The notes under the pieces were generated by a model, which was given only the letters and a program-made list of their open reading frames with translations, searched no databases and was not told where the DNA came from. A stretch of 64,000 bases of DNA from Anthoceros angustus (Eukaryota; Plantae; Anthocerotophyta). Shown here in pieces: positions 10,890 to 24,269 of this stretch. The DNA lies in the NCBI GenBank assembly GCA_010909165.1, contig MU008226.1:80826-144825 (forward strand). Reading direction: 5' to 3'. Both the position numbers and the translations under genes were made by a program. Within the stretch, counting starts at the first letter, position 1. Every line of letters starts with the position of its first letter.

Positions 10890-13790
10890 TACGCCAGCAG
10901 ACTCATCGTGGTAGCAAAACATCCGGACGGCAAGGCCGCTGCGCGCCATTTGCATGGTTCCAAGCAAGGCGCCACAACAGAAACCGCCAGCATGGTCATC
11001 GCCCCAACAAGCAATCCATGAGTGATGGCAGGGAGCATAAACTAGTAATCGCAATGTCTGAAGCTTGTCCAAAAAGGCCCTTGCCTGGACTCCCAATTTT
11101 CAGTGTGATCCTGCAGACGAGTCATAGCCGGGCACATCCAACCGTGGTCGCAACGCGATGCTAAACTAGGTCGACGCCCCACCCGCAAGCACAAGCAATC
11201 ATCTAGGCGACTATGCCCATCCGCAGTCGTCACACACATGCCGCCCTATCACCATTCTCATGCACCCAGCCAGACCGTCAAGTGATTCCAAGCATAAAGA
11301 TACCATCCAGTCAATTTCGCTTGTCCCGACGACGTTCTCCTCACCCCCACCGTCATTCCTTGCTTCCTGCGGTCAAACATCGACCGCCTCACAATGCAGA
11401 AATCTAGCACCCACCAGGTAGTAACATGTCGCATGCATCACACCTCTTTCCAGCAATCAGCGCAAGCCACGGTGGTAGTACAACCATCGTGTCCTGCGCC
11501 GCAGGCGCCATTTGTATGGCTCCATGCATTGGCAAAGCAGAACCCTCAAACCAGATGGTCATCGCTCGTAAGCAAACCATGAGCGATGGCTGGAGCAGCA
11601 AACCATCAATCGCCCAACCCGTCCGATCAAAGCCCAAAGCAGAGGCCCTTGCTGCGGGTTCCGATTTTCTAGTGTGATCCTGCAATGATTTAAGCAGCAC
11701 ATCCCACCGTGGTAGCGCGTTACGCAAAACTAGGTTGGCGCCCCGCCGCAAGCATAAGCGATCATCCGGTAGCATAATGTCCATCTCGGTGTCGTCACCC
11801 GTATGCTATCCCTATAAACCATTCATATGTAATCTTGTGCCCAGAACGCCAAATGAAGCGTATCGCATACCACCTATTTTCCGTCATTCAACCTACAGTC
11901 TTGAGTCGATCCCAACGGATGACAACCCAAAGACATGCATCCAATACGAGGCATCCGAAAAATGTAACAACGACACATTCATAGCCACGTCCCGCGGATC
12001 ACGAAGTATCTTGTGTTGATCACGTATTTGAAGCCGTAAGACACAAACCCTAGCAATATTGAGTCATCTATCCAACCGCTTCTAGATCATACCGAAAAAA
12101 AACTTTGAGTTTAGAAGACTAGACCATGGATGACCAAATCAAGGTCTAGCTTCTTGGATGCAAAGATGGTGTTGGTCAACACCCTCCCCTTCCTTCTTCA
12201 GCCACCAAAAGGGATCATCGGCCCGCTTCGGATCCTTGGTGAGACGGGATCCATTGCACATCCACTAATTCTAAGGTTGCATAGTGAAGTAGAAGAGGAG
12301 AAAAGGTTCAACCTTGGTAGCCATGGCTAGCTTGGGGAGGCAACGCGACAAAGAGACCAAGGTACTAAGTAAGGTGATCACGCAAATAGAGGGGGAGCAG
12401 AGAGAATGACAATCATCAAAGGTAGAGGCTAAGCATAGGAGAGGAAGGAGGAACCCCAACCAAAGTTTGGAGGAAGGGATTTCATTGGGTAGCAAATTCT
12501 ATCCAACCACCGGCTCACAAGTTATATAATCCTATTGGGCAGCCATTCCTACCAATGATAACCCACAAGGAATCAACCCATCTTTAACAAACATGCACAT
12601 AGGTCGATCCCTCATTTATAGCCTAGTAGTATATATTAAAAGTGAAACAAGGTCCGAGGTCATAAATGTACACATGGCCCATATGAGGTGTTAATATGCC
12701 CAAGTGGGTAAGGCACTATGTCCTTCTACCAATAAAAGGTGATAGCGTTGGAAAAAGCATATTCATATTCTATTCACTCCATAGTTATCAAGAGTCTAAT
12801 GGTGCATTTTTATGGGTTAGACATCTCTAAGGTCAAAAACAAAACATATGAAAGATACTTGTAAACATCACGCTTCCAAGTTTATTATCCAAAAGACAAA
12901 TAAAACCTGCATACATATTAGACTGTCTTGAATTAAAATTTATCTCAAAAATCAAGGAAAACAACCATATTAGTAAGAAAATAATAAAGGGTAAAAAATA
13001 AAATTAATAAAAAATTCCTGCACAAATTAGTATTACGTAAACATTGAAGGAATAGATTTACTTCGTTCATCGATGGGATGTTTGGGATGGATAAACATCA
13101 TTTAGAAGCACCAATCTATGGGCACACAAAGCAAATTCATGGATCTCATAGGAACATAACTCTCTTGGATAGATGGATAGATAGATAGATATCCTAGACT
13201 ACATCGCATATGTTGCCTGACATGGTCAGGTCATTTCGCAAAGGTGATGTTTGAGATAGATGTTAAAGTCCGAATCCCATGGAAGGATCAAGTCCGCACT
13301 ATAGGTCTCTTATTCCATATACGCCTTGAGAGATCCAGATATGCCCACCCTCCTGCCAAAATATCACATTTGTATCGTGCACAAAAGATTGCGTGAAGGC
13401 ATGCGCAGGTCTCGCTATTCTTGTCACCCGCTTGGTATAGTTAGACGTCCCATCCTCGAATCAACCAAGAAGTAAGGCCTTTCGGATGAAGCCGCCTTGA
13501 TCCACCCACCGCAAATCCAGCTCATCCACCAGCCATAGCCGGTGCTATGCACCATATAGCACCATAGCACCATTTTCTAGCAAAAAAAAAATCCTTGGTA
13601 GCAAAAGACCGAAGCTGCCAGTGTGCCATTGTATGGCACTATGTATTGGCAGCAACATCGAACCCTCAAGCCAGATGTTCATCATTCCCAAAGAAGCAAT
13701 CCATGAGCGATGGCTAGGAGCGAGGAATCGCCCCACTCATCCGATGGAAAGCATTCAAAAGAGGCCCTTTTGGAACCAATAGCAAAACAA
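10890..13790. repeat. Internal degenerate repeats (units near 10890-11260, 11460-11820, partial 13540-13790)
   Basis: Shared anchors GCGCCATTTG(C/T)ATGG, ATGGTCATCGC, CCATGAG(T/C)GATGGC, TAGTGTGATCCTGCA, AAACTAGGT; the first two units are ~560 bp apart. Confidence 0.8.
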
Positions 13791-14149
13791 AGCGGCATCC
13801 ATTTGATGAGCATCGTTCCTCACCACCACAAACTCCCATCATTGCAAGAAAACCAGCCAGACGTCATGCCCTGTGATCTTAGTCTCCCACACCCATATAT
13901 CCATTGCAACTAAGACAACAAACCCACGCCTCGTTTTCTCTCCAAGTTCAGAGTCTAAGCTATCACTTCCTTGCAACAAGATGCCCACTACTTGTATCAT
14001 TTTTCTTGACACACGGTCATTACCTGTGAGACCATCATGCATTCTCGCAAAGGAGCAAACGTCGGTCCAATCCCGAACTTGACCTCACTATCCGCCAAGA
14101 AGTGCTGGGTTCCCCATGAGACTTGTGTGAAAATTCAAGGTCGTGACAC

Positions 14150-14620
14150 CGATCGCTACCTCAGACACAACTTCTCAGCCTTCACACAGCAAGGCGCCTC
14201 GCCTCCCTCACAGCTGCACCACTTGCATCACTGAAAACGCCAACCTCGACCTACTAGCGACACAAAACAATTGCAGGTCCCGCCTCAGTGAGGAGCCTAC
14301 CACGGGCGCCTGTGGGGACCCCCATCCACACCGCGATTTCGTCCCTACTTCTAAGACCACTCTTCTCCACTCGGGAGCGCCTTTTACTTGGAGATTTGGG
14401 ATTCGTCCCTTAGGCTCACCTGTGGCCTTCCACTAACACCTACACCTCTAATCCTCTACTCATCTCCTCATCCTCTCATCCTCTTCCTCCTAGTCTAACC
14501 TCGGAGCTTCTTGGTCGAGCCTACGCACAATCACTGGGGGCCTCCACCAAGTTCTTCCTTGGGCCGGGAGTTTGACACCATTCAGGCGCCACGGAGTCTT
14601 TCCTCAGGGCTCAATCTCCA
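14150..14620 (-). mobile_element. LTR-like segment, inverted homologue of 26960-27600
   Basis: Reverse complement matches GGAAAGACTC..CCCAAGGAAGAACTTG..GGTTAGA.TAGGAGGA..GAGCCTAAGGGA at 27 kb. Confidence 0.55.
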
Positions 14621-14929
14621 GCCGAGTGTTCGGTGAAGCGGAGGAGAACTCTGCGAGGAAGCTACATGTGCTAACATTTTCAAGGGTTCGAGGAAGAAGA
14701 GGCTTGTTTAAGAGCAGGAGGAGGTTGTGTCACTACGAGGAAGGAGGTTGTTGCCGAGGAGTTGCCGATCAAGGGTGAGGGTCAAGAATCCGAGCCGCTA
14801 GTAATTTCAAGGTACATCTTCCGCTCTTGCAAGAGGAGGACTTTTTCGCGTGATTGTCGAGCTCTTCTAGCTCGATTTTGTCGCCGTTAGAGGAAGGCAA
14901 GAGGGTGAGATTTGGCAATGGAGAAGTTG

Positions 14930-16000
14930 GGGTATGAAATCTAATGGTGATATTTCGCAAGGTCTTGATCGAATTATTGCCCAACTGCCCTTTCAACCTT
15001 GCTTGTTAGGAGGATCGAGGCGCTTGTGTGCCCAAGTCTGTATAGTACATCCCGCTTGCAGCAGATTTGTTTACCGCCGATTGCAGTGGAATTGCTGGGA
15101 GGTGTGCAGTTTTGTGGACGCCCTTGACCATGATAGGAGGAAGCAGGTGGTGGGAGTCACCACCCCACAGCCAAAGAAGAGATGTGAGATTTGGGGAGAA
15201 GAAACGAGATCACATGTTGGTCCGGTTGAGAACTCCGAAGGAAGAGGGGAGTCTTTGTATGATTATGTAGGGATTTATGGTTACTTCAAGAGAGTACCAC
15301 CACGTCCACCGAAGGAGTGACCTTTCCGATAAAAGTTTGGGAAGTTCGAGGGAATGTATGATGCTATAGAAGACGAGCTAGAGTCCGGTAAGGTAGCAAG
15401 GATTTCTAAGTACCTAGTGTAGAGGAGATGGTAGAGTTGAAGAAGGTGGAGCAACATGTGAATGAAGGTCTATTTCGATCGAAAACCGAAACGGCTTGAG
15501 GCCACGATGACCGATTTCCGACGAGGAGTTGCTTGCCAGCCAAAGGGGAGGACGTGAGCATGTTGTAGACGGCCTAAGGATTGAGCAGCAAAACTTGTTG
15601 CCAGCAGAGAGGCCAAATGAGCAAGAAGGGAGAATTGTGCAGAAGAGTGCAGCAGGACAACTGGAACCGAGAGAGGATAAGAGGCGCCAGCATGGGCGCG
15701 AGGAGGAGGCTGAAATGCTCCTCAAGGGTGAGCAATGAGGGCTGCAAGGAGGCCATCACGATAAAGAAAGAAGAAAAACGACATGAGCACGCGAAGGAAG
15801 GCCCCACTTGGCGAGGTCAAGCTGTGCGCCATGAGGCCGCGAGGAGGAGAAGGCCCTAGGGAGGTGGACACGAGGGCGAAGGAGGAGATGCGCTTCATGA
15901 AAAGTTTGAGCGTAAACCGCAAGGGAGAGTTGGCGATCCGTGGGCAATCACCAAAATTCGACCATGGAGGTGCAGCAAGGCGAGGAGGTCGCCATGGGAG
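14930..16000 (+). pseudogene. Ty3/Gypsy gag-like ORF, frameshifted
   Basis: M..SQGL.RIIAQL...RDHMLVRLRTL...GESLYDYV..F resembles the retrotransposon gag L..L.Q..ES..DY..F motif; second copy at 53480-54500. Confidence 0.6.
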
Positions 16001-17254
16001 CGCGATCTGACCTGGACATGAGGCTAGGCCAACAAGAAGGGAGGAAATCGGAACTTGGTTTGAAGGGAGCTTACAACGATCGCAAGCCGAAAACTTGCGA
16101 TTGGCAAAGGTGGAGGAAACGGTTTTGTGAATGAGGTTGAGCATGCGTGGCAACGACGTCTGGTCTGCAAGCTAGCAGGAGGCCACGATGGTGGCAAGGA
16201 TGATGGAGAAATTGCAAGAAATCGCAATTTGGAGGAAGGAGAAGTGGCACACAAAATGGTGTGCCGAGGAGTCAGGTGCGCTAGAGTGAGCGAGGATGGC
16301 TCTATGGTGATGTGTATGAAGGAGGATTGTGGAGAAATCACACCTCAAGATATGCTTGCAGTGGAATTGCAAGAAGGAGCGTCGACCAATTCACGGTCGA
16401 CATGGAAATTGCCGTGAAACCGCAGCAACGTAAGGAGATCGCTAGAGCGCGATCTAGGGCTAGACATGAGTCTAGAAGGTCGGGAGATGGTGTACCAGCG
16501 ATGATGCAGTGTCCACGACCAGCACGGATGCCCGCAGATCGACGCGTGAGAAGCTAGTTTTGTGAGCCGAGTTGAAGGCGGGTTGTGGCCACAGCACCAA
16601 CATCCACCGTGAACAAGCTAGATGGAAACAAGCAAGGCGTGGCCTAGAGGTCAAGAGCAAGTCTTGATGCCGTTAGAAAGCCAAGGATCCGTGAAGGAGT
16701 TTTGTGCAGTGAGATGCCGCAACCTAATGAATTGGGGATTCCGAGCGAGGAGAAAGGGTGAGCAACAAGAGGGCTGCAAGTGGAGGCCACGGTTGGCAAA
16801 GGGAGAAGAGAAAACGGAGAAATCGGAGGGACTCCCACACATGGCGGTGTGGAAGCGCAGATGATGGAGCCTGAGTAGGGACGGCTCGAGGATGGTGTGC
16901 ATGGAAAGGAGCGTGAAGAAACCGCGATCCAAGGGAGCTTGCAGAAAACCGCAGGAAAAGGAATTGGCGAATTCATGGGCGCCAAGGAAGCCACTTTTGT
17001 GGAGGTACGCATGTCGAGAGTATTGTCGAGGAGCGCGAGCTCTCGGGCCAGGAGCCTAAGGTTATCATGGCGTGACCACCGCTGCAAGAAGAGCAAGTTG
17101 ACGCACCGCAGCGTGATACCGCAGCCGCCGATGCAAGGAGCAGCGTCCACGGTCATAATGTACATGCGGCCACCCCTATGTCCCGGTGGGGCGAGGTAGC
17201 AGGAAGTGGCGAAAAGTGCATGGGAAGAGGAGGTTAGAACGTGAAGGACTCATG

Positions 17255-17550
17255 TCCACGTTATTGAATGGTGAGGTATGAAATTTCTTGGAGCACGGAA
17301 TCATGCCGGATAGTTTGTCTAGGGAAGGGCGTTGTCTTTCTCCCTAGAGTCAGGCCTTATTGTCTAAGAGATGGGGTATACAAGCTTGGTTTGATGAGAA
17401 GATCCGACGTTGTTTGAAGGTGAAGGAAGCTTCTATTAAAGAAGCTTTGCATGTAAGAGGTTGAGGCCATTATCCAAAGGTAAATCACTTGAAGAATATC
17501 TTAGATGTAGGCATTGTGGGCTTCACGGACAATGATGCAAGGGATTAGGA
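17255..17550 (+). pseudogene. Gypsy RNase H-integrase linker and integrase zinc-binding fragment
   Basis: Joined frames: FLEHGIMPDSLSREGR..FL.RVRPYCLRDG.YKLG.DEKIRRCL..EA..KEALHV...GHY..K.TL..ILD.G.W; second copy at 55830-56110. Confidence 0.7.
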
Positions 17551-17551
17551 C

Positions 17552-20500
17552 TATCGAATGGGATAAGTACGCCCAAGAAGGTAATTTAGAAGTTGGGGCG
17601 TGAGTTAGACAGAGCGCCACGTGGACGGCCCCGAATGGAAGACGCATGCAGCCAGACCGAGTATTGCCAAAGTACAGGCAGTATTCACGCCCGCATCGCG
17701 GCCAAGGCGAGTAGGCGGAAGCAAGGCAGAGTAAGCCATGCAGTGCCCCGACCACGACAAAGAGCCACCCTCCGACTGCTTCCGACGGCGAGAGGCAAGG
17801 CAGGTCATTCTTCCAAGCAACTCAGATCTTCGCATGCTCGCCGACACCCCGGGCGTTGTCTTTGTGATCGCCAGCACCTCCGGCCGCCGCGAGGGAAGCA
17901 ACCGACGCCGCGCCAAGGAACGGACGATCGGAGCCTCACACTCCAGCAGGATGTATGAGCGGAAGATGGGACCCAAGAAGGCGGCGGAGGTTTGGGAGCC
18001 ATGGAGCTTGGTGGAACGCAACATCGCTACCAAGCGCCACCCGGACCGGCCGTGCCGGAGGAGGCGGGAGCCGGGTCAAGGAATGGCACTGGACGTTTCT
18101 GTCCAGTCGGACCTTCGACAGCCGCCTAGTCCGGAGTACCGAAAGATGTTGGCGCCAACAAGGAGGTTCGGTCTAAGAGCCTTCGAGAGGACCTAGGAGG
18201 TGGACCGTGGAGGTCCCGAGGCGGTGTACAACCGCCCGAGGAAATTGGGGGCGAGTCCCGAACCTCTCAAGGCCGTGGAAAGATAGAGGCGGCGCCGCCG
18301 GCTGAACGCAACGAACAACCAACGGGCGTTGATGCCTGACTTGGCCGACAGAGAGAGTGAGGGCAGGGCTGTGATCATTGTCCATCGAACATGCTCACCA
18401 AGGTAGATCACCTTGGTGACAATCACCGGTGTTCCCCGCATGCGCCGCAGAGGAAGGAGGGCGATCGAAGGATCATCTTCGCCAGATCAATCGTGAAGCC
18501 CACAAGTCGAGGTGAGAAGCTCCTCCGCTTGCTATCGCCGCTCTAATTCATGTGTGGGCACGCGAACCTCCCAAGGAGGGAGAAGAGGAAGCTGACGGGC
18601 CCACCGGAGGCGTAAGGAAGAGCGCAGAGGTGGAGGCCCGCCTGTCCGAGCAAGAGGCGCTGGAGGAAGACGATCGAGGGAATCCTGACCATACGTCTGA
18701 GCGGACTCGCCACCGAGGGAAGTGTGGGAGGACATCCCCGCCTCCTCCCCGGTGCCCCACCGAGCAACCCACGAGGAGGAGGCCCTGTATGAGCGGGCTG
18801 GCCAGCCTCCAGCCCGACGCATCACCACACCACGACGGCGACGACGACTCGCCGGGGACCAAAGAGGCGGAAGACGGTGCCACCCGCCAACGCAGCACTC
18901 TGACGGCGCGTTCTGCCCCCCGCCAACGGAGTGGCAAGAAGCCGAGGAGGCAGAAGGGCGGAAAGGGACGCCAAGGAGCGGGAGGCCACTGCGCACACCC
19001 GAGCCGGGTCCTGCCTCCGACCGGGAGAGGCAAAGGGTCGCCTCAACCCCTCACCCTCCGAGCCCTGTGGAGAAAGAGGGCGATAAGAATTGGCGCCAAG
19101 AGGGCTAAAGAGGTGAGGCTCGACCAGACTGGGACCTAAGGGTCCCGATTAGGTCCGAGAGCCCACCCGACTCACCCCGGCCGGTATGGAGGTCCTGACG
19201 GACCGAGAGATGCCCGCCCCCACGACGGACTTCTGGGGCCTCACCCGCCGGGAAGAGACACGGCGGTCCTGCCACATGGATGCGGGATCGGGACCTCTAC
19301 GGACGGCCGAGAAAACCTGTGGAGGTGGAGGCAACAAGGAGGCGCATGGTGCTCCTCCGTGAGCAGATGGAGGCGCCTGGAAGAAGGCGGAAGTCCTCGC
19401 CGCATCGAGGAAGGGAAGCGGGAGGGAGCGAGGTCCGAGCGATTCAGAAGACGACTAAGGTCCTCACCGTGCAAACCGAGGTGCGCAGGAGGCCCAAGCA
19501 CGGGCCAAGATCTCGCCAACGGGGGAGGCGCAAGGAGGCGGAGAGGGCTGACCGGCCGAGGCGGCCCGGCCGCCCAACATCGACAGCGAGGCTCACAAGG
19601 CAACATGAAGCGAAGCCACAAGGTCGATCGATCACTATCGACGGATCGAACCGTGGAGGGAGACGGGCCGTAGCTGGCCAACTCAAGGCCAACAAAGGCA
19701 AGAGCAAGCACGGCCGAGCCGTGAGGAGGAGCTGGAGGTCGCAAGAAATAGGGGACCTGTGTGGTGCACTGCAGGAGGTAGAGGGCGCGGCTGTGGAGCC
19801 GGAGGATGAAGGATACCTTGAGCCGCAACTCCAAGACGACGGAGCAGCAGGGGTTCTCAACGAGAGAATCCAAGACTTCGAGGAGATAGAGCGCCCCCTT
19901 CGCTTGAAGACGGAGGAGAATAGGCGACCAAGGAGTTTGACGCCGCGAGGCCGCAGCAGGAGGTGGAGGAAGCCTGAGTCGACGGGGATACCGCCCGCCC
20001 GGAGAAGGAAGTGGCGGACCTCGGAAAGGATAAACGGAGGGAAGAAAGCTGGAGGAGAAGCCGCCGTCCGGCTACGTGGAAGGGGAGCTCCCATGGCCAA
20101 AGAACCGGCGGAGCCGGGAATGACGACGGGAGGAGGAGAACGCCGAAAGAAAAGGCGCAGGAGCGGAGGCTGGTGGCATCGAGGAGTCCGCCTACCGCAA
20201 TTGGTAAGCTGCAACGGAGACGGTCAGGGCCGGACAAGATGCCCACCGCCGAGCACCTCTCGCGGAGGGAATACCGGGTGCTCCGGCCCATGTGGAGGAG
20301 GTAATTCCAAGTCGATCTCGACTTGCCTACTACCACGCAGAGCTCCTCAAGGCCTGGAGGTCTTGCGCCACCCCCAGGTGTGAGCGGACTCCGTAAGGGC
20401 TGGAAGGAGGAGCGAGGAGGAAGGACCCGGGGACAGCGCACCACGGGACCCTAGGAGCTGTTGATGACAACAAAGAACAAGCAGGGAGAGCAGGAGGAGC

Positions 20501-21200
20501 CGGACGGAGGAAGGGACACCGCACGGAGGTAAGCACTGCACCGCACGGAAGGAAGGGAGGAGGCCCGGAGGCCGTGGAAGGGGCAACCGCACTGAACCAA
20601 GGGAGGGCTCATGGATGAGCCCGTGATCACCTGTGAGGAGGCGTAACAGAGTGGTCCTGACTTGTCCGACTCAAGGAAAGGCCAATCAAGTCCGCCCTCA
20701 AGGAAGTCCGGACTTAGAGGTCCAGACTTGATTTAGACCGACCCCGAGGTCCGGACCTGGGAAGGTTGGGCCCAGAGACCGGACCTGAGGCAAGTCAGCC
20801 CCGAGGTCAACCCGCCGGGCGAGGTCCGAACCCAAAGAAGGCCGGACAGAGGACCGGAGAGGGAAGGCGGACCCAGAGGTCCGGACCCGAGTCGAGACGG
20901 GTCCCGAGGTCCGACTGTGGAGTGGGGAGAGCCACCGATCGCCCCAGCAGATCCATCTCTTGGAGGCTACAGGGGCCCGCCAGAGAGATAAGAGGAGGGA
21001 GGAGGACCTAGTGGTGATGGCTGCTGTCGTGCCGCCGGTAGCGCAGCCTGACAAACCCTCGGGGAGAGGTAGGGGTCCTCGCGGATCATCAATTGGGTGC
21101 GCCAGTGATTGTCAAGGCTCAGCCGGTGCCAAGACAATGGGGCCATCCGTGGTAGGTTTGCCTAGGTCACGGAGCTCGCCTCTGGCCACACTTATCCAGT
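17552..21200 (+). mobile_element. Family H long LTR-like/accessory-ORF region, copy 1
   Basis: GC-rich coding-like stretch with the HVEE..RLAYYHAELLKA motif at 20251-20360, then a GGWCC array, then sequence homologous to the U3 side of the 43.7-46.1 kb LTR. Confidence 0.6.
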
Positions 21201-22069
21201 TGTTGAATCGAGGTTCGATCCCAAGAGATTTGGTTCGGATTGTTAAGTCGCTCCTCACTCTCGCCTCATCATCCCGCCTGCCTACTTGTCCTCGCAGGGC
21301 AACAACCGGTGGTGCTTCGGGTGCTCGGCCCACCGCCTCCACGCCCGTGATTCCCTACTTATCCACCCCAACACTCTCCTATGCCAACTACAACGATCAA
21401 CTCACTCTACAACGACACACCCATAACCAACCTCTTCACCATTCTCAAAAGAAACATAGTTCATGACCACATACAAACTCACTTCATTCGATCCCAAATC
21501 TAACTCTACGCAACGCTCGCTTAGCACGCCTCATGCACAACCGCCTGGGTGACGGCTAACTGGGTATTTCTCTCGGCCGATTGCGTGTACAAACACCGAC
21601 GCGAGCGTAGTCGAGCGCCACCGCAGGAGGCCAACCAACAAAGAACACAGCACATCCAACAACAATCTTTCACGAGAGGAGGAGCCTCGAGCGAACCCAC
21701 CGCGAGGGCCTCCGATCAACCCCACCTTCGCCTTCTCGCCATGACGGTCACCGCACACACACAAAGGGATGCGGAGAGACGAGTGCATGGCAAGGTCCGT
21801 GTTTATTCATTCTTCCACCCTCCCTTTTATAGGTGGGGAGTCGATCGTCACCGTGCTAGTTTAATGCTAGGCGACTTGCCAAGTCCAACAATAGGACCCT
21901 TGTCACCCCTTGCGCTTCATCCTCTCACCCACCACCTTGACCGTAATATCCTATCCGCTCATACGCCGCCACTCTTAAATACTCACACTTCCCAAGGTGT
22001 GCACCACTTGGGACAAAACGTCCTATTGAAAAGGTCCCACCGACATCCCACGTCACGCTTTTGTTCGCC
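21200..22069 (-). mobile_element. LTR (minus orientation) inserted into family H
   Basis: CCTATAAAAGG TATA box on the minus strand at 21823-21833, followed by AATAAA; plus-strand end begins TGTTGAATCG; further copies at 60080-60997 and 62290-63031. Confidence 0.6.
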
Positions 22070-22099
22070 TCAGCTTCAATGTCTTCCCCTTCGATGGGT

Positions 22100-23800
22100 C
22101 GCTTAGCCTTGCCCTCCTCCAGAGTCTCACCAGACTCGTAGCACCGCCTACAGCCCATCTGGTGGGTCTCCACCGTGGTAGGAGGTTCCATTCCTCCCAC
22201 GGCTGTCCTAGTGAGGTTCCTCCCCACTGCCTCGCTTCTTGTAGGCGGTTCTGCCTCCTACCATGGTTTCGATCTCGCTATGGGGTTCCTTCCTCACACT
22301 GGTTTCATCGTGAGGTACCTCCTTCCCGGGTCTCCTCCTCCTCATCAGCCTCCTACCCGAGTAGGAACTTTGGTAGGTACCATCCTCAATCTCTTCCTCC
22401 CCGCTTGATAGCTCCACCGCCCTGGAGGTCCCATCGGCCGGAGGTGCTTCTTGACTTGCTTGTTCTATGTCCAGCCTTTCCTTGTACCAACTCAAAGTTT
22501 CACCTCCGTGGTCGCCATTCCACTTGGTGTCCGTAATGCTGAGGTCTGCTTCTTGCCTTCCTCACCGTAGCTCCTCAATCGCTTCTAGGAGGTTGTTGTA
22601 GGTCGCCACCCTACCACTCTCCTTCTTTTGTGCGCCCATGATGCGGACCTTAGTGGGATGACGCACTGTCCCACCCGGCCCCGATTTGTCACTCCTACCA
22701 ATGCGGCCTTTTCTCCACCACCGCCTCCCCTCCAACCTGTGGCAAGTCTCCCAATCTCCTTATCTTTCTCCATGGCTTCCATCGCCATGCTTTTCACTAT
22801 GGCTCGCCTTCCCTCGAATGACCAAGACCTCCAAAGATCACATCAAAACTTCCTTCCAGCCTTGCCTCCGCCTCAGTGGGTAAGGTCGCCGCCTTCGTTG
22901 TTGCCCAAAAGTTCTCTCGTAATACTTCTCGTGACCCTTGGTCACATTGTCCCATCCTTGTCGCTCTTCACCAAGCCGTCGATTTTCCCTTGTAATGCTC
23001 CTTCCGCTCCATGGCAACTAACTTCTTCGTGAGGAGGTCCTTCTCGCCTTCAAGGTCCCGCCTTGCCTAGAGATGCCGCCTCCTTCGCCGCGGCTCGATG
23101 CCTCCTACCCTTGCTAGGTAGCTTCCAACTTTTCTTCCGCCTCCTTCCCGGCAGCCAACTCCCCTCTTGATTTTGCCTCCGTCCTAAGACCCGTCAATCA
23201 TTTCCCACACATTCACCAACTGGTGGTCATCCGTCGCGCTTTGGCCGATCTAGCACGGAGTGTTGCTTGAGGTGGTTTCGAGCTCCTCTCAATCTCTTCC
23301 TGCATCCTCCAGCTCCTTTTGTAGGTCTCAAGTTCAGACGAACTTGGCCACCTCCCGACACGTCTAGGGCGTCCATAGATCCTGCGCCACTCCTCAAAGA
23401 ACTACCCTTTAGGATGCGGCTATTCTTAAACACTTCCATCGCTCCTCCTCGGCGTAGGTCACCAACCCTCCTCCGCCACTGCCTCCATCGGGCTAACAAG
23501 TCTCAAGCATTACCTCTTTGGTAGGAGGTAAAGCTCCACCGTGAGGTCCCATCCTCCTCGGGTCCTACCATGGGGGTTCTCCTACCACCGGTGTTGTTGG
23601 CCTACCAATCCTTAACCCTCCGTAGGTGGTCTCGTATCCTTTCCTCCTTCCACCGTGAGAGGAGGTACTTCATGCCTTTCCTTTTTCTTGTTGGGTTCTG
23701 ATCCTGAAGCCTCATCTTTGATTCGGGGGGTGGCGGTCTCTCCGCCCCGGGCCTGCATTTCTTCATCCTCCCGGTGATGGCTCTCCTTCCACCACCCTCA
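22100..23800 (-). pseudogene. Degenerate charged/coiled-coil accessory ORF
   Basis: E/K/R-rich reading across frames (e.g. RRDLEGEKDLLTKKLVAMERKEHYKGK); purine-rich on the minus strand. Confidence 0.4.
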
Positions 23801-24269
23801 CCAGAGTAGCTTCTATCTTGGCTTCTTCCAGCTCGTTAGTGTGGAACGAAAAGTTTGGGCAATCGGGTTTAAGTGAGTTGTTTTGAACAGTCCTAATGCT
23901 TTTGATAGAAATGGTTTGGTGGAAACATGCGAGAAATGTTTTTGTTCGATTGAAGCCGGAGTCGAGGGATGCCGGGAAGGCAGAGAGGATACTTAGGGGA
24001 AAAGAAACGGATCAAATGACCTTCTAGTGAGGAGGGTAGGAGACATATGTGAACTAGGAGATGTCCCACTGCGTGGTAGGAGGTATCCTACCACCGAGGA
24101 GAAACTCCTACCACGGTAGGCTAAGGAGAGAACTCCTACCCCGTAGGTATGGGTAGGAGAATGTCCCACCACCGTAGGTAAGCCTAGCTAGCTTTTGATG
24201 ACCCACCAGAGTAGCTCCTACCAGAGGGAAAAGGGTGAAGGCAATTAAGCCAAGGAAGTAGCTTGAGGT

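Larger units (their letters stand above)
7530..22069. repeat. Composite ~14.5 kb block, copy 1 of a direct duplication
   Basis: Collinear with 46095-60997 along its length (anchors 7561/46127, 10430/48928, 12130/50640, 14930/53480, 21823/60738, 22069/60997). Confidence 0.95.

Noticed and set aside
13167-13192. (GATA)n microsatellite, and (CT)n at 33755-33776
   Set aside because: Short, ordinary simple repeats.
20700-20915. CRISPR-like appearance of the GGWCC arrays
   Set aside because: No constant repeat length, no unique spacers, no cas genes, and a eukaryotic context.
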